In this document: positions 1 through 13,525 of the stretch, in pieces
Numbering within the stretch: the first letter of the stretch is position 1
Layout of the letters: every line of letters begins with the position of its first letter
Assembly: GCA_951406725.2 (NCBI GenBank)
Contig: OX597829.1
Span: forward strand, 47,988,001 to 48,052,000
DNA from: Octopus vulgaris
Taxonomy: Eukaryota
Reading direction: 5' to 3'
Length of the DNA: 64,000 bases
The notes under the pieces: model-generated
The model's input: only the letters and a program-made list of their open reading frames with translations
What the model was told of the DNA's origin: nothing
Databases searched by the model: none
Made by a program: the position numbers and the translations under genes

Positions 1-47
1 TATATATTTGCATTGAAAATCACTCCGCATCCCCAGCCGGTGGTTGT

Positions 48-92
48 CACACGCTGATGACGGGTTATTACCCAGAAACTCGGGTCTGTGTG
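48..92 (+). ncRNA. Minimal type-I hammerhead ribozyme motif
   Basis: Stem I CACACG(48-53)/TGTGTG(87-92); core CTGATGA 54-60; stem II GGGT-TATT-ACCC; GAAA 75-78; stem III AC-TCGG-GT; GUC cleavage triplet 84-86. Confidence 0.75.
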
Positions 93-890
93 TATGACGT
101 CCGTGTGGAGATGAGAACGATGATTTCCCTTTGCAAATACTGATAGGTTACAGACAGTGTGTCAATAGCCAATTGGAGGAGGTGACTTTCTGGGGCTATA
201 AACTACAGTAGCATCGTCCCTTGTGGGTCAGCCACATTTAGGTGGCAACTATACTTCACGATGCATGTCCTGTTATTGGTATTTGCGTAACATTCTCGGA
301 GAAAATGAAACAAATATGGACGACTTGTTCAGAAACACTCACGAGTGGAGAACAGTTCTCAAAAATAGCCCCCAATTGTTTTCCCAAAAAAATTCCTATA
401 TCCTCGGAATCTACATAGTCCGAGGTATATTTTTACAGAATTTTATTTAAAAATATCCATTTTCTTGAAAGTTAAGACGAATTGAAGCATACTCCGATAA
501 ATTTTCCGAATTTCCCCACCCAAAAAAATTTTGTATATTCGGAATCTACATGATATAACTCATATTCGTAGAAAATTTCATTTAAAATATTCATTTTTCT
601 GAAAGTTATGATCACCCAAAGTCGTGATGCGCAGAAATCTGTAGTTATACTGATTCAAAAAATACATAAAATGAGTTGTGCAAATATAAAAAAAAGTTCG
701 TCAATATTCAGAGGATTATTTAAAATTTGGATTTATACCCGCTCTCCACGATAAACTGTTACCAAGTTATGGTCGAAAAACTCAGATCTTGTGAATTTTC
801 CAAAGTCCTCTCCCCACACCTCGGAAAAGATTTTCCCATAAATTTCTTTATAATCGTAATCTATGCCGGTTTAAAGGTATTTATATAAAA

Positions 891-1899
891 CTAGCAGTAT
901 CGCCCGGCGTTGCTCGGGTTTGTAAGGGAAATAACTATATAAGCATTTTTAGAGAGTTACTTCCCTTATAGATGCCAATGCGGGCTTTCTTAGCCATTTC
1001 TGTTTTGGTGTCTTCAAGCCATGAAGTCGTTGTTCTAAAAGAACGCTGGTCTCCTTGACAACGCTTTACGACGTTGATTTCCTTACACTCCCTTCCCCAC
1101 AGCTTCACGAGGGAGGGGAGAAGCAACACAGGTGCAGCTGTGAGCGTGGACGCCAACTCCGCCGCCATCGACACACGAAAAAATATGCATTAAAATAGAA
1201 TAAAAAATGATGTTAAATTATTTTTAAAATCGTAGACTCATCGTAGACGCGCGCTAATAGCCAGACGGGCTCGATATGAATCACGTCTATAAGATACCCG
1301 AATTTGGTTAAACTGCACCGCAAAATGTGGGAGTAGTTAGGAATCTAAATCGAAGAGGACAGACACTCACACAACTACAGTTTTATATATATACTAGCAG
1401 TATCGCCCGGCGTTGCTCGGGTTTGTAAGGGAAATAACTATATAAGCATTTTTAGAGAGTTACTTCCCTTATAAATTGGGGCTTTCTTAGCCATTTTTGT
1501 TTTGGTGTCTTCAAGCCATGAAGTCGTTGTTCTAAAAGAACGCTGGTTTCCTTCACAACGCATTACGACGTTGATTTCTTTACACTCCCTTCCCCACAGC
1601 TTCACGAGGGAGGGAAGGGGGAGAAGCAAACAGGTGCAGCTGTGAGCGTGGACGCCAACTCCGCCGCCATCGACATACGATGCATTTTATGCATTAAAAT
1701 GGAATAAAAAATGATGTTAAATTATTTTTAAAATCGTAGACTCATCGTTGACGCGCGCTAATAGTCAGACGGGCTCGATATGAATCACGACTATAAGATA
1801 CCCGAATTTGGTTAAACTGCACCGCAAAATGTGGGAGGAGTTAGGAATCTAAATCGAAGAGGACAGACACTCACACAACTAGAGTTTTATATATATAGA
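891..1899 (-). mobile_element. Two head-to-tail non-autonomous Helitron copies (~500 bp each)
   Basis: Minus strand starts A|TC-TATATA near 1899; each unit ends in a CCCG-AGCAACGC-CGGG hairpin followed by CTAG|T (CTAG at 891-894 and 1394-1397); the two units are highly similar. Confidence 0.8.
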
Positions 1900-2269
1900 T
1901 ATATATAGATTTCATTAAAAATAAACATTTTTCTAGAAGACCATGAAGACGAAGAAGAAGAAGAAGAAGAAGAAGAAGAAGAAGAAGAAGAACGATTGAG
2001 ACAGACGAGTCAAGGAAGGACCTCTCCAAGGTCGTGTGACGTACAGGAAACAGCAAAACCTCAAATAATAAAATAAGATATTGTGAGTCTTGATCATGTA
2101 CGAAACGAAACTAGAAACAGCATTTTTAAAGGATAGGCGCAAATGACATAAGAGAAGAAGTAAGCGATTATTATTGAGGATGTTCGCTAATAATGCTTCG
2201 GTTTTATTTAACAATAATAATATCAAACAATTACGTCATCCTTAATTTCTCGGAAAATTTGGGCGTATT

Positions 2270-2570
2270 CACACACACACACACACACACACGCAAGTAC
2301 GCATACATACATACATACATACATACATACATACATACATACATACATACATACATACATACATACATACATACATACATTCATACATACATACATACAT
2401 ACATGCATACATATATACACACACACACATACATACATACATACACACACATACACATACATACATACATACACACATACATACATACATACATACATAC
2501 ATACATACATACATACATTCATACACACACACACATACATACACACACACATACATACATACATACACAC

Positions 2571-2601
<31 letters not shown>

Positions 2602-2826
2602 TACATACATACATACATACATACATACACACACATACATACATACACACATACATACATACATACATACATACATACATACATACATACATACATACAT
2701 ACATACATACATACATACATACATACATACATACATACATACATACATACATACATACATACATACATACATACATACGTACATACAAACACACATACAT
2801 ACATACATACATACATATACATACAT
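2270..2826. repeat. (CA)n/(TACA)n microsatellite
   Basis: Directly visible; source of the HTYI/MYVC ORFs. Confidence 0.98.
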
Positions 2827-3202
2827 TGATCTGAGTCATCAGTTTGTTTTCCTATTTCTTGAGTGGTTTTGTTCTCTATTGACAAAAAAAATACATGAAT
2901 GACACAACATCCTGTTCTTCCACACACTAAATAACATAATCTTAATTAATTACATTATTTAGGGCAGTGAGCTGACAGAATCGTTAGCACGCTGGGGAAA
3001 TATGCTTGGCGGCGTTTGGTCCGTCTTCGCGTTCTGAGTTAAATTTGCGCAAGGGTCGACATTGCCCTTCACCCTTTCAGGGTCGATGAAATAAGTACCA
3101 GTTGAGCACTGGGATCGATGTAATCGTCTTACCCACCTCCCCCGAAATTGCTGGCCTTGTGCCAAAATCTGAAATCAGTAATTACGTTATCATTATTATA
3201 AT

Positions 3203-4505
3203 ACCTATTTCTTTACTACCCACAAGGGGCTAAACACAGAGGGGACAAACAAGGACAGACATAGGTATTAAGTCGATTACATCGACCCCAGTGCGTAACT
3301 GGTACTTAATTTATCGACCCCGAAAGGATGAAAGGCAAAGTCGACCTCGGCAGAATTTGAACTGTAAGGTGGCGAGCTGGCAGAAACTTTAGCACGCCGG
3401 GCGAAATGCTTTGCGGTATTTCCTCCGCCGCTGCGTTCTGAGTTCAAATTCTGCCGAGATCGACTTTGCCGTTCATCCTTTCGGGGTCGATAAATTAAGT
3501 ACCAGTTACGCACTGGGATCGATATAATCGACTTAATCCGTTTGTCTGTCCTTGTTTGTCCTCTCTGTGTTTAGCCCCTTGTGGGTAATAAAGAAATAGG
3601 TATTTCGTCTGCCGTTACGCTCTGAGTTCAAATTCCGCCGAGGTCGACTTTGCCTTTCATCCTTTCGGCGTCGATTAAAGAAGTACCAGTTACGCACTGG
3701 GGTCGATATAATCGACTTAATCCCTTTGTCTGTCCTTGTTTGTCCTCTCTGTGTTTAGCCCCTTGTGGGTAATAAAGAAATAGGTATTTCGTCTGCCGTT
3801 ACGCTCTGAGTTCAAATTCCGCCGAGGTCGACTTTGCCTTTCATCCTTTCGGGGTCGATTAAAGAAGTACCAGTTACGCACTGGGGTCGATATAATCGAC
3901 TTAATCCCTTTGTCTGTCCTTGTTTGTCCTCTCTGTGTTTAGCCCCTTGTGGGTAATAAAGAAATAGGTATTTCGTCTGCCGCTACGCTCTGAGTTCAAA
4001 TTCCGCCGAGGTTGACTTTGCCTTTTATCCTTTCGGGGTCGATTAAATAAGTACCAGTTACGCACTGAAGTCGATGTAATCGACTTAATCCCCTTGTCTG
4101 TCTTTGTTTGCCCTCTCTGTGTTTAGCCCCTTGTGGGTAATAAAGAAATAGGTATTTCGTCTGTCTTAACGTTCTGAGATCAAATTCCGCCGAGGTCAAC
4201 TTTGCCTTTCATCCTTTCGGGGTCGATTAAATAAGTACCAGTTACGCACTGGGGTCGATGTAATCGACTTAATCCCTTTGTCTGTCCTTGTTTGTCCTCT
4301 CTGTGTTTAGCCCCTTGTGGGTAATAAAGAAATAGAAGTAGGTATTTCGTCTGCCGCTACGTTCTGAGATCAAATTCCGCCGAGGTCGACTTTGCCTTTC
4401 ATCCTTTCGGGGTTAATAAATTAAGTACCAGTTGCGTACTGGAGTCGATCTAATCGACTGGCCCCTTCCCCCAAAATTTCGGGCCTTGTCCCTAGAGTAG
4501 AAAAG
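3203..4505. mobile_element. tRNA-derived SINE cluster (Meta/MESC-like central domain): one inverted partial copy plus a six-unit tandem array
   Basis: Head GGCGAGCTGGCAGAA, B-box GAGTTCAAATTCC, domain GCCTTTCATCCTTTCGGGGTCGATAAATTAAGTACCAG; units begin at 3415, 3599, 3783, 3967, 4151 and 4341; inverted copy at 3203-3363. Confidence 0.85.
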
Positions 4506-5204
4506 ATGATTATAATATCTGTGCTAAGTTAAAAATGCAACCAGATTATACTTTTGACTTTTAATTTTTTTCTTTTCATTTCTTGTTTCCTCTTTTGTTT
4601 ATCTTTGTTTTGAGTTTTATTTATTTAAGATTTTTTGTTTGTTTTGGGGTTTTTTTTTCTAGTATCGATGAAAAATTATCGAAAGTATGGTTAAGTGGTT
4701 AGGAAATTCATTTCGAACCAGAGACCTTATGGTTCGATGTTACAAGGTAGTACCTTGGACAAGTGCATTTACTTCAACTTTAGGGTAAACCTAAGCTTTA
4801 TGAGCGAAATTGAGTCGGCAGAAACTATAAGGGGCTAGTTAAATAAATCGTACATGCTTGACTCATCCGTCTTTACATTCTGAGTTCAAATTCCGCCGAG
4901 GTCGGCATTGCCTTTTATCCTTTCAGGGTCGATTAAATAAGTACCAGTTGAACACTGATGTTGATGTAATCGGCTTACCTCTCCCCTAAAATTGCTGGCC
5001 TTGTGTCAACATTTGAAACTACCGAAAGTATAATATTAGAATCGGCCGTGTGGTAAGAAACTTGCTTCCCAACCACATGGTTCCAGGTTCGGCACCACTG
5101 CGTGACACCTAGGGCAAGTGTCTTCTATTATAGCTTTGGGCCAACCAAAGCCTTGTGAGTTGCCCGAAAACGTCATTACCGATGAAACATGATCTGTAGC
5201 TAGT

Positions 5205-5635
5205 ACAGAGTATAACAAGATTCGCCGAAAGGATAACTCCGAAGACAAAGAAATAAGAACCCACAATATGGTAGAAGCCATAGCCACTCATAATAAAAAG
5301 GAATACTGGTGAAATGTCCCAGTGAAGACCTTGTGCACAGTTTTGGAAAATAATTACTCAGCGGATGTTAACGTAAATTTGAAGATCAGTGAAAAAGAGA
5401 ACACCTATGCTGAACTATTGAGAAATCTGCAGTTACTCAATCCAGATTACAAGTTCAGGTTTATACCTGTAATTATTGGGGTCCTGGGATATGTAACACG
5501 TTGCCTAAATACCAATCTTGAGAAATTAGGTTCCTCAAAACCAGACAGAAGAAAGCTAAATTTGAAGACTACTGATCCAATCCATCACTGGAACTGGAAA
5601 AATCTGTAAAACTTTCCAGAAGTTTATCATTTAAA
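5205..5635 (+). pseudogene. Degenerate C-terminal fragment of a non-LTR retrotransposon with restriction-like endonuclease (R4/NeSL-like)
   Basis: Translation ADVNVNLKISEKENTYAELLRNLQLLNPDYKFRFIPVIIGVLG matches the RLE K..KY..L...P.IIG.LG pattern; contains stops and frameshifts. Confidence 0.65.
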
Positions 5636-5714
5636 TATATATGAGCATGTCTAGATATGTAACTATATGCAAGAGAATACATACACAAAGCAAAACGTAG
5701 AAGCTTACACGTAT

Positions 5715-6336
5715 ACGTACATACATACATTGACACACATAATACATACATACATACATACATACATACATACATACATACATGCATGCATGCATGCATA
5801 CATACATACATACATACATACGTACGTACGTACATACATACATACATACATACATACATACATACATACACATACATACATGCATGCATACATACATACA
5901 TACACACATACATACATATACACACATACACATATATACATACATGCATGCATACATACATACATAGACATATACACACATACATACATACACACATACA
6001 TACATACATACATACACACATACATACATACATACATACATACATAGACATATACACACATACATACATACACACATACATACATACACACATGCATACA
6101 TACATACATACATACATACATACATACATAAACACACACATACATACATACATACATGCATGCATACATACATACATAGACATATACACACATACATACA
6201 TACACACATACATACATACATACATACATACATACATACATAGACATATACACACATACATACATACACACATACATACATACATACACACATGCATACA
6301 TACATACATACATACATACATACATACATACACACA
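5715..6336. repeat. (TACA)n/(CA)n microsatellite
   Basis: Directly visible. Confidence 0.98.
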
Positions 6337-6608
6337 TTCTTGCATTCATAATATAATCCTCGCGACCTAGCAATGACGTAATATGCAAATTATTACTTAC
6401 ATAAAGAACATTTGAAAGGATATGTAAAATAAAATAAATAAATGTAAAATAAAATAAATAAATAAATAAATAAATAAATAAATGAATAAATAAATAATAT
6501 GTTAGCAGTAACGAGGTTGGGTTGAAAGATTCATTGGCTGGCTATGAAGGAGTGATGATGATAGTGTTGCGAAATCTGGTGGTGGTGGTGATGTTAGTAG
6601 TAGTAGTT

Positions 6609-6663
<55 letters not shown>

Positions 6664-6797
6664 CAGAAGCAGCAGCAGTACCACCATGTTTTTGTTTTTT
6701 TTTACATTTTCAAAGTTGTTTTTTAAAGTTGATTTAACCAGATCAGCCAGTTTTATCAGCGGTCAACAACTACTAATAAGGAAATTTCACGTAATGT

Positions 6798-7529
<732 letters not shown>

Positions 7530-7886
7530 CAAGCAAATTATGTTAACCAATAATATATACTAAACAAATATATATCTACTTTATAAAACAGCTGAGCTAT
7601 TCAAATTAATTACCGAATGAAACCGGGTACTTCTTATTTGCAGTGAAGTCAAAGGAAAGCGTCAAGTGATCGTCGGGATCAAAGTGTTGTACTCGCGATC
7701 GAAAAATCGTGGTTTTTGGTAACTGAACCGAGCGAAAAACCATTCCATTTCACGTTACTTGAAGAGCTACTCGGCCGTAAATGAGTAACCCTGATGGGGG
7801 TCCCGTTCAGCGAGGAATATACGCCGTGGAAACTGAGTAATCAGCTCTGTGGGTCATGGGACTCAAGACGGTAAAAGTCCAAGGGT

Positions 7887-7941
7887 TGATGATGATGATG
7901 ATGATGATGATGATAATGATGATGATGATGACGACGACGAC

Positions 7942-7977
<36 letters not shown>

Positions 7978-8190
7978 AGTGACGATGATGGTGATGATGA
8001 TATTGATGATGATGATAATGAGGATGATGATGATGATGAGGAGGAGGAGGATAGTGACGATGATGATGATGATGATGATGATGATGATAGTGACGATGAT
8101 GGTGATGATGATGATGATGATGAGGAGGAGGAGGAGGAGGAGGATAGTGACGATGATGATGATGATGATGATGATGATGACGACGACGAC

Positions 8191-8229
<39 letters not shown>

Positions 8230-8235
8230 GATGAT
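7887..8235. repeat. (GAT)n/(GAG)n trinucleotide repeat
   Basis: Directly visible; source of the poly-D/H/M/I ORFs. Confidence 0.97.
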
Positions 8236-8493
8236 GGCCTGCATAGAAGGAATGTGTTTGCACTTTTATTTGACCTACAATGCAGCTTTCTACTGCTGAA
8301 ATTTATTTCAGTTCCGATTTATTCTGTGATGTACGGCATTTCGTCCATCTTTACGTTCTGAGTTCGAATTCCACCGACGTTGACTTTGCCAATCATCCTT
8401 TCGGGGTCAATAAAGTACCAGCTAAACACTACGTCAATGGAATCGACTTCACTCTCCCCTCAAATTTCGGGCCTTGTACCTACAGTACAAAGG

Positions 8494-8532
<39 letters not shown>

Positions 8533-8611
8533 GGTGGTGGTGGTGGTGGTGGTGGTGGTGGTGGTGGTGGTGGTGGTGGTGGTGGTGGTGGTGTCGTTGT
8601 TGTTATTCAGT

Positions 8612-9165
8612 AGTCTTATCACTGCACTACTGAGCACAGTTCTCTGTGCCTTGGGTATGTGCTGTGGTTTGTCGTGATGCTCTTATTTTTACCGTATTGA
8701 AAGTGTTTTACATAGGATGTGTGGGGTGCCTAGTAATGCTATTTTCTGTAAGTTATATATACTTGTAAGTCCTGATGTTTTTTATGTATTTGTCTGAATA
8801 TTTTTTTATCATGCCTAATGCACCTACTATGATAGGAATTGCTTCTGTTTTTAGACTCCAATTTCGAGTTACCTCAATTTCCAGACCTTTGTGTTTTGAA
8901 AGTTTCTCCGTTTCTTTTAGAGAAACATTGTCATCTGTTGGTATTGATACAACGATTAGAAAGTTTTTTTTTTCCTGCTGATCTCTGACAACTATATCTG
9001 GCCTATTGGCCTTAATTTATCTATCTGTGTGTATCGGCATATCCCAGAGTATGGATGCTTTCTCATTTTCTGTGATCTTTCCTGGGGTGTGCCTATACCA
9101 TCTTTTTGCTATTGTTATTTCACATTGTTGGCATAGCTTCCAGTGTATATATGTTGGCATAGTTT
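8612..9165 (-). pseudogene. 3' fragment of an R4/Dong-like non-LTR retrotransposon (RLE domain)
   Basis: Minus-strand translation WYRHTPGKITENEKASILWDMPIHTDR*IKANRPDIVVRD...IPTDDNVSLKETEKLSKHKGLEIEV...IPIIVGALG; flanked by (TAT)n and (TGT/GGT)n tracts. Confidence 0.8.
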
Positions 9166-9689
9166 CCAGTGTATATTATTATTATTATCATTATCATCAT
9201 CATCGTCATCATCATTATTATTATTATTATCGTAATTATTTTTCTGGCGACTTGTTGGCAAAATCGTTAACACTCCGAACAAAATGCTTAGCGTAATTTC
9301 GTCCGTTTTTTTGTTCCGTCGAGATAGACTTTGCCTTTCATCCTTATGGAGTCAATAAAATAAGTTCCAGGTAAAAACTGGGGATCGATGTAATCCACTT
9401 CTCCTCTCCTCAAAATCTGCTGGCCCTGGGCCAAAATTTGAAACCTATAAATTGTAAGAGAAGGATAATGTGTGGCTAAAGAGAATCACAACGGCGATTG
9501 AAACAAGTTCAATCGATTCAAAGCCAACGGTTTATAACTACTCTGTGTATTTAATTGATTTTAATGTTCTTATATATTCATTCTGGGTTTAAATTGTAGG
9601 TTTGTTTCGTACTGTATGACAACATCAAAAGCGAACACCGCTGAAGCGCCGGCATAAAGAAATAAGTATATAAATAAACAATAAAGGAG

Positions 9690-10125
9690 AGAAAGGAGGA
9701 AGGAAGGAAGGAAGGAAGGAAGGAAGGAAGGAAGGAAGGAAGGAAGGAAGGAAGGAAGGAAGGAAGGAAGGAAGGAAGGAAGCAAGGAAGGAAGGAAGCA
9801 AGGAAGGGAGGAAGGAAGGAAGGAAGGAAGGAAGCGGAGGAAGGAAGGAAGGAAGGAGTAAGAAAGAAAGGAAGAAAGAAAGGAATGAAGAAAGAAAGAA
9901 AGAAAAAAAAAGAAAGAAAGAAAAAGAAGGAAAGAAAGAAAAAGAAGGAAAGAAAGAAAGAAAGAAAGAAAGAAGAAAAGAAAAAGCGAAAGAAAGAAAA
10001 AGAAAACAGATAGTAAGAAAGAACGAAAGAAAGAAAAAAGAGAGAAAGAAAGAAAGAAAGAAAGAAAAAACAAAGAACGAAAGAAAGAAAGAAAGAAAAA
10101 CAAAGAACGAAAGAAAGAAAGAAAG
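9690..10125. repeat. (GGAA)n/(GAAA)n polypurine tract
   Basis: Directly visible. Confidence 0.97.
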
Positions 10126-10129
10126 GGAA

Positions 10130-10505
10130 ATAATGATCCTTTTTGGTCCTTTGTCCCCTTTCTCTTCAAAGTAGGATAGTTTTCTTCACGTTCCCAAAAA
10201 TGAATAGTAGATGGAAATCTGTTGGTTGAGGTTAGCTTCATGTAGAATCCAAAACAACGAACCTGATGAAGGAACCAAGTTGATGCAGATAGTTTTCAAT
10301 ACTCGAGTTGGATATTTGGGAGAATATCGGCGATCATCCAAGTCGTATAACGGGGGTTGGTATCGATATCGACTAACTTCTTCACTTTGTCGTTGAGCGA
10401 GGTGCATCTTGAACTGAAGAACTTCCAGATCGAAATCTTGAAAAATTGCTTCTGGCACACACACGTTCCGTAATAGCATCTTCTCCGTACACGTCACATA
10501 TATTC
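10130..10505 (-). pseudogene. Mariner transposase N-terminal relic
   Basis: ICDVYGEDAITERVC...FRSG..SVQDAPRS helix-turn-helix region, then degenerate WxxHE..NLNQQIS and P.LKR..T.D.K segments. Confidence 0.7.
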
Positions 10506-10665
10506 CTGTAGAAGTTGATTCTTTTCTCAAATCTGCGTATTCTCTGAGCTTTTGCTTGAACTTTTTGTTTAAGTGTTTCTTTCGCTGACATTAGTTCTTC
10601 TCTTGTTGAGAGTCCATATTTTCTCATCTTTCTTTCGTTGACATTAGTTCTTCTCTTGTTCAGAG
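10505..10665 (-). pseudogene. Internal fragment of an R4/Dong-like LINE ORF
   Basis: AKETLKQKVQAKAQRIRRFEKRINFYR resembles the pre-RT region of R4-clade elements. Confidence 0.55.
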
Positions 10666-10816
10666 TCTAATTTCTTGTCTTATCTAGAATTTAAAAAAAA
10701 AAAAAGCATGAGGTGCCGATAATGTTCGTTTGGGCTCTCTATTTTCGGGGCGATCTCAAGTACACAAAATACAAACTACGGGGCGAGTGCTGATCCTAAG
10801 CTCGCAAAATACAACT

Positions 10817-13467
10817 ACGAGGAGATGCTAAAAATTTCCTGTCTTTGGGTAAAAGAAAATACAGAAGGATCAGTTAATTATGATTTTTATCCAACATATT
10901 CCCCTCTCAGATACACACACTTATTGCAGTGGTCCTTCAGTTTTTCTAAGCCCTGTAAAAGAACTCGGAAGGTCGGACCTCCAACGCGGCCTTTCACAAC
11001 ACTTTTAAAGCCAGGAACTTTTCAGTGCCCCCTCATGTATATATTTTATATATACATATGAGGGATGCAGAAAAGTTCCTGGCTTTTGGTAAAAGATAAA
11101 ATACAGAAGGATCAGATAATTTTGATTCTATTCAACATATTCCTCTCTCAGATTCACACATTTATTGCAGTAGTCCTTTAGATTTCCTAAGCCCTGTAAA
11201 AGAACTCGGAAGGTCGGACCTTCGTTCTTCCTTCCTTCCTTCCTTCCTCCCTCGTTTCTGTCCTTTATTGTTTATTTATATACTTATTTCTTTATGCCGG
11301 CGCTTCAGCGGTGTTCGCTTTTGATGTTGTCATACAGTACGAAACAAACCTACAATTTAAACCCAGAATGAATATATAAGAACATTAAAATCAATTAAAT
11401 ACACAGAGTAGTTATAAACCGTTGGCTTTGAATCGATTGAACTTGTTTCAATCGCCGTTGTGATTCGCGACACCGTTAAAACCAGGAACTTTTCAGCACC
11501 CCTTCGTAGGCTTAAATGGCTCAGCGCATCCAACATCTGTTACGGTTTTCTTCAACACAAACAAATTGCAAAGACCACTGAATTTTAAGTAAAACATACA
11601 TGAGCTTCTCTCACTCCCTCCCTCTCTCTCTCTCCCTCCCCTTCTCTCTCTCTCATTGCGTGCTTCGTTTTTCAACACACTTTTGCACACATTAACTCTA
11701 AATATAAACAATATTTTATTTGTTTCATTTTTGGTTATTTATATATATTCAGTGCATTTTTAAAATGTTGCACGTCAACAAGCACTTAGCGACATTCTTT
11801 CTGACACTTTACGTTCAGAGTTCGAATCCCATCGTGTTTGACTTTTTTTCATCCTTTCGGGGTCGATAAATGAAGCGCTGCACAAATACTGTAGACGATG
11901 TAATCGACTTGTTCCTCTCCTCAAAATTAAGTTAAGTTAATTTTTTGGCTCAAAAAGCAAAAAGCAAGGCCATGTAAGGGGACATGGAGTTATGTACAGG
12001 GTGGTGTTCATGCAAAGAGTTCAGATTGCTGGCCTTGTGCCAAAATTAGAAGTAATTTTTAACTGAACGAACGATTTACAGACACAGAAAACGCCTCGAT
12101 ATTCAAATAATTTCTGGACCCCATTTTTGGTGTCCGTCGTGGAAGAACAATTTAACTTTTGCGAATTTTGTACTTTTATTTTCTCGAAACACAAATTTGA
12201 AAGCTTTGTATAAGCCAGGAGCCGTTCCATTTTTGACAACCCCAGCATTTAACAAAAGCTCTCCGGCATCCTTCTTGTTCAAATCTCATTAATTTTTATA
12301 TCTAACGGCTGTAACTAAAATTTATGTTAACATAAATACTATCATCTATTATGATGATAGTATTTTTATGTACGAGCATCTATTATGTTAGAAAACCTTT
12401 TGTGTCTTTCAAATATCTGTCATTACTATCCTTTCATGAATAGTTTATTCCATCCTGAATGAAATAGCTTTTCATGAATGGATAGAATGTTTTGTTCATT
12501 TCATTGATAATTTTTCATTGTATGCATTTTGTCCGGAAATGCCCCTTGTATCATATCAGATGTGTTTGCAAAGGGAGTGTAATGTTCGGCGATATTATAG
12601 ATAACTATTAGCAATTTGGCTGTTTGTTCACTCCCTGTTGCTTTCTTCTTTTGCTATGGACTGAGTTATATCAACATTAGATTTAACCACATTAAAACAT
12701 TTCATTTTTCACATAAATTTTTTCTGTTTCACTTATCTTACATTTCTCGGAATAACCTTTCATTATTTTATCTTTTAGAGGTCAATCATTGTTTGTTTGC
12801 GTGTACGAGTGGGTGCTGAAGGGTTCCCCGCGAAAAGTCAAATTGGAGGCACAACCTTACGATATTTTTTTCAGGGCTTAAAAAAAAAAAAAACTGAAGG
12901 CCCTCTGCAAAAAGTGTGTGAATCTGAGAGGGGAATGCGTTGAATAAAATTATGATTAACTGATCCGCCTGTATTTTCCTTTACCCAAAGCCAGACTCCT
13001 TTTTAGTACCCCATAATGTATATACACACATACGAAGGGGTACTGAAAAGTTCCTGGCTTTAAGGGTATCGCGAAAGGCCTAGTTGGAGGTCCAAACTTC
13101 CGAGTTCATTTACAGGGTTTATAAAAACTGAAGGCCCGCTGCATTAAGTGTGTGAATCTGGGAAGGGGAATGCGTTGAATAAAATCATAATTAACTGATC
13201 CTCCTGTATTTTCTTTTGCCCAAAGCCAGACCCCTTTTCAGTACCCCACCATGTATATATACACACAGACACGAGGGGATGCTGAAAAGTTCTTGGTTTT
13301 AAGAGTATCACGGAAGGCCTGGTTGGAGGTCCAAACTTCCGAGTTCATTTACAGGGTTTATAAAAACTGAAGGACCACTGCAATAAGTGTGTAACTCTGA
13401 GAGGGGAATATGTTGTGTAAAATTATGATTAACTGATCCTTCTGTATTTTCTTTTATCCAAAGCCAG
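10817..13467. mobile_element. Cluster of five ~220 bp mariner-type MITE copies
   Basis: TIR-like ends (C)GAGGGGATGCTGAAAAGTTCCTGG...CCAGGAACTTTTCAGCACCCC beside TA; copies at about 10818-11038, 11058-11507, 12805-13010, 13033-13250 and 13272-13467. Confidence 0.75.
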
Positions 13468-13525
13468 TATGTATGTATGTTTATATATATATATATATAT
13501 ATATATGCGTGTGTGTATATATATA

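Noticed and set aside
370-860. Degenerate ~130-bp repeats containing cggaatctacat and gaaagtta
   Set aside because: Probably an old DNA-transposon interior, but I could not define its ends
10263-10300. CTGATGA and nearby CTGAAGA (10434) as hammerhead cores
   Set aside because: No stem II or stem I pairing; both lie within a mariner coding relic
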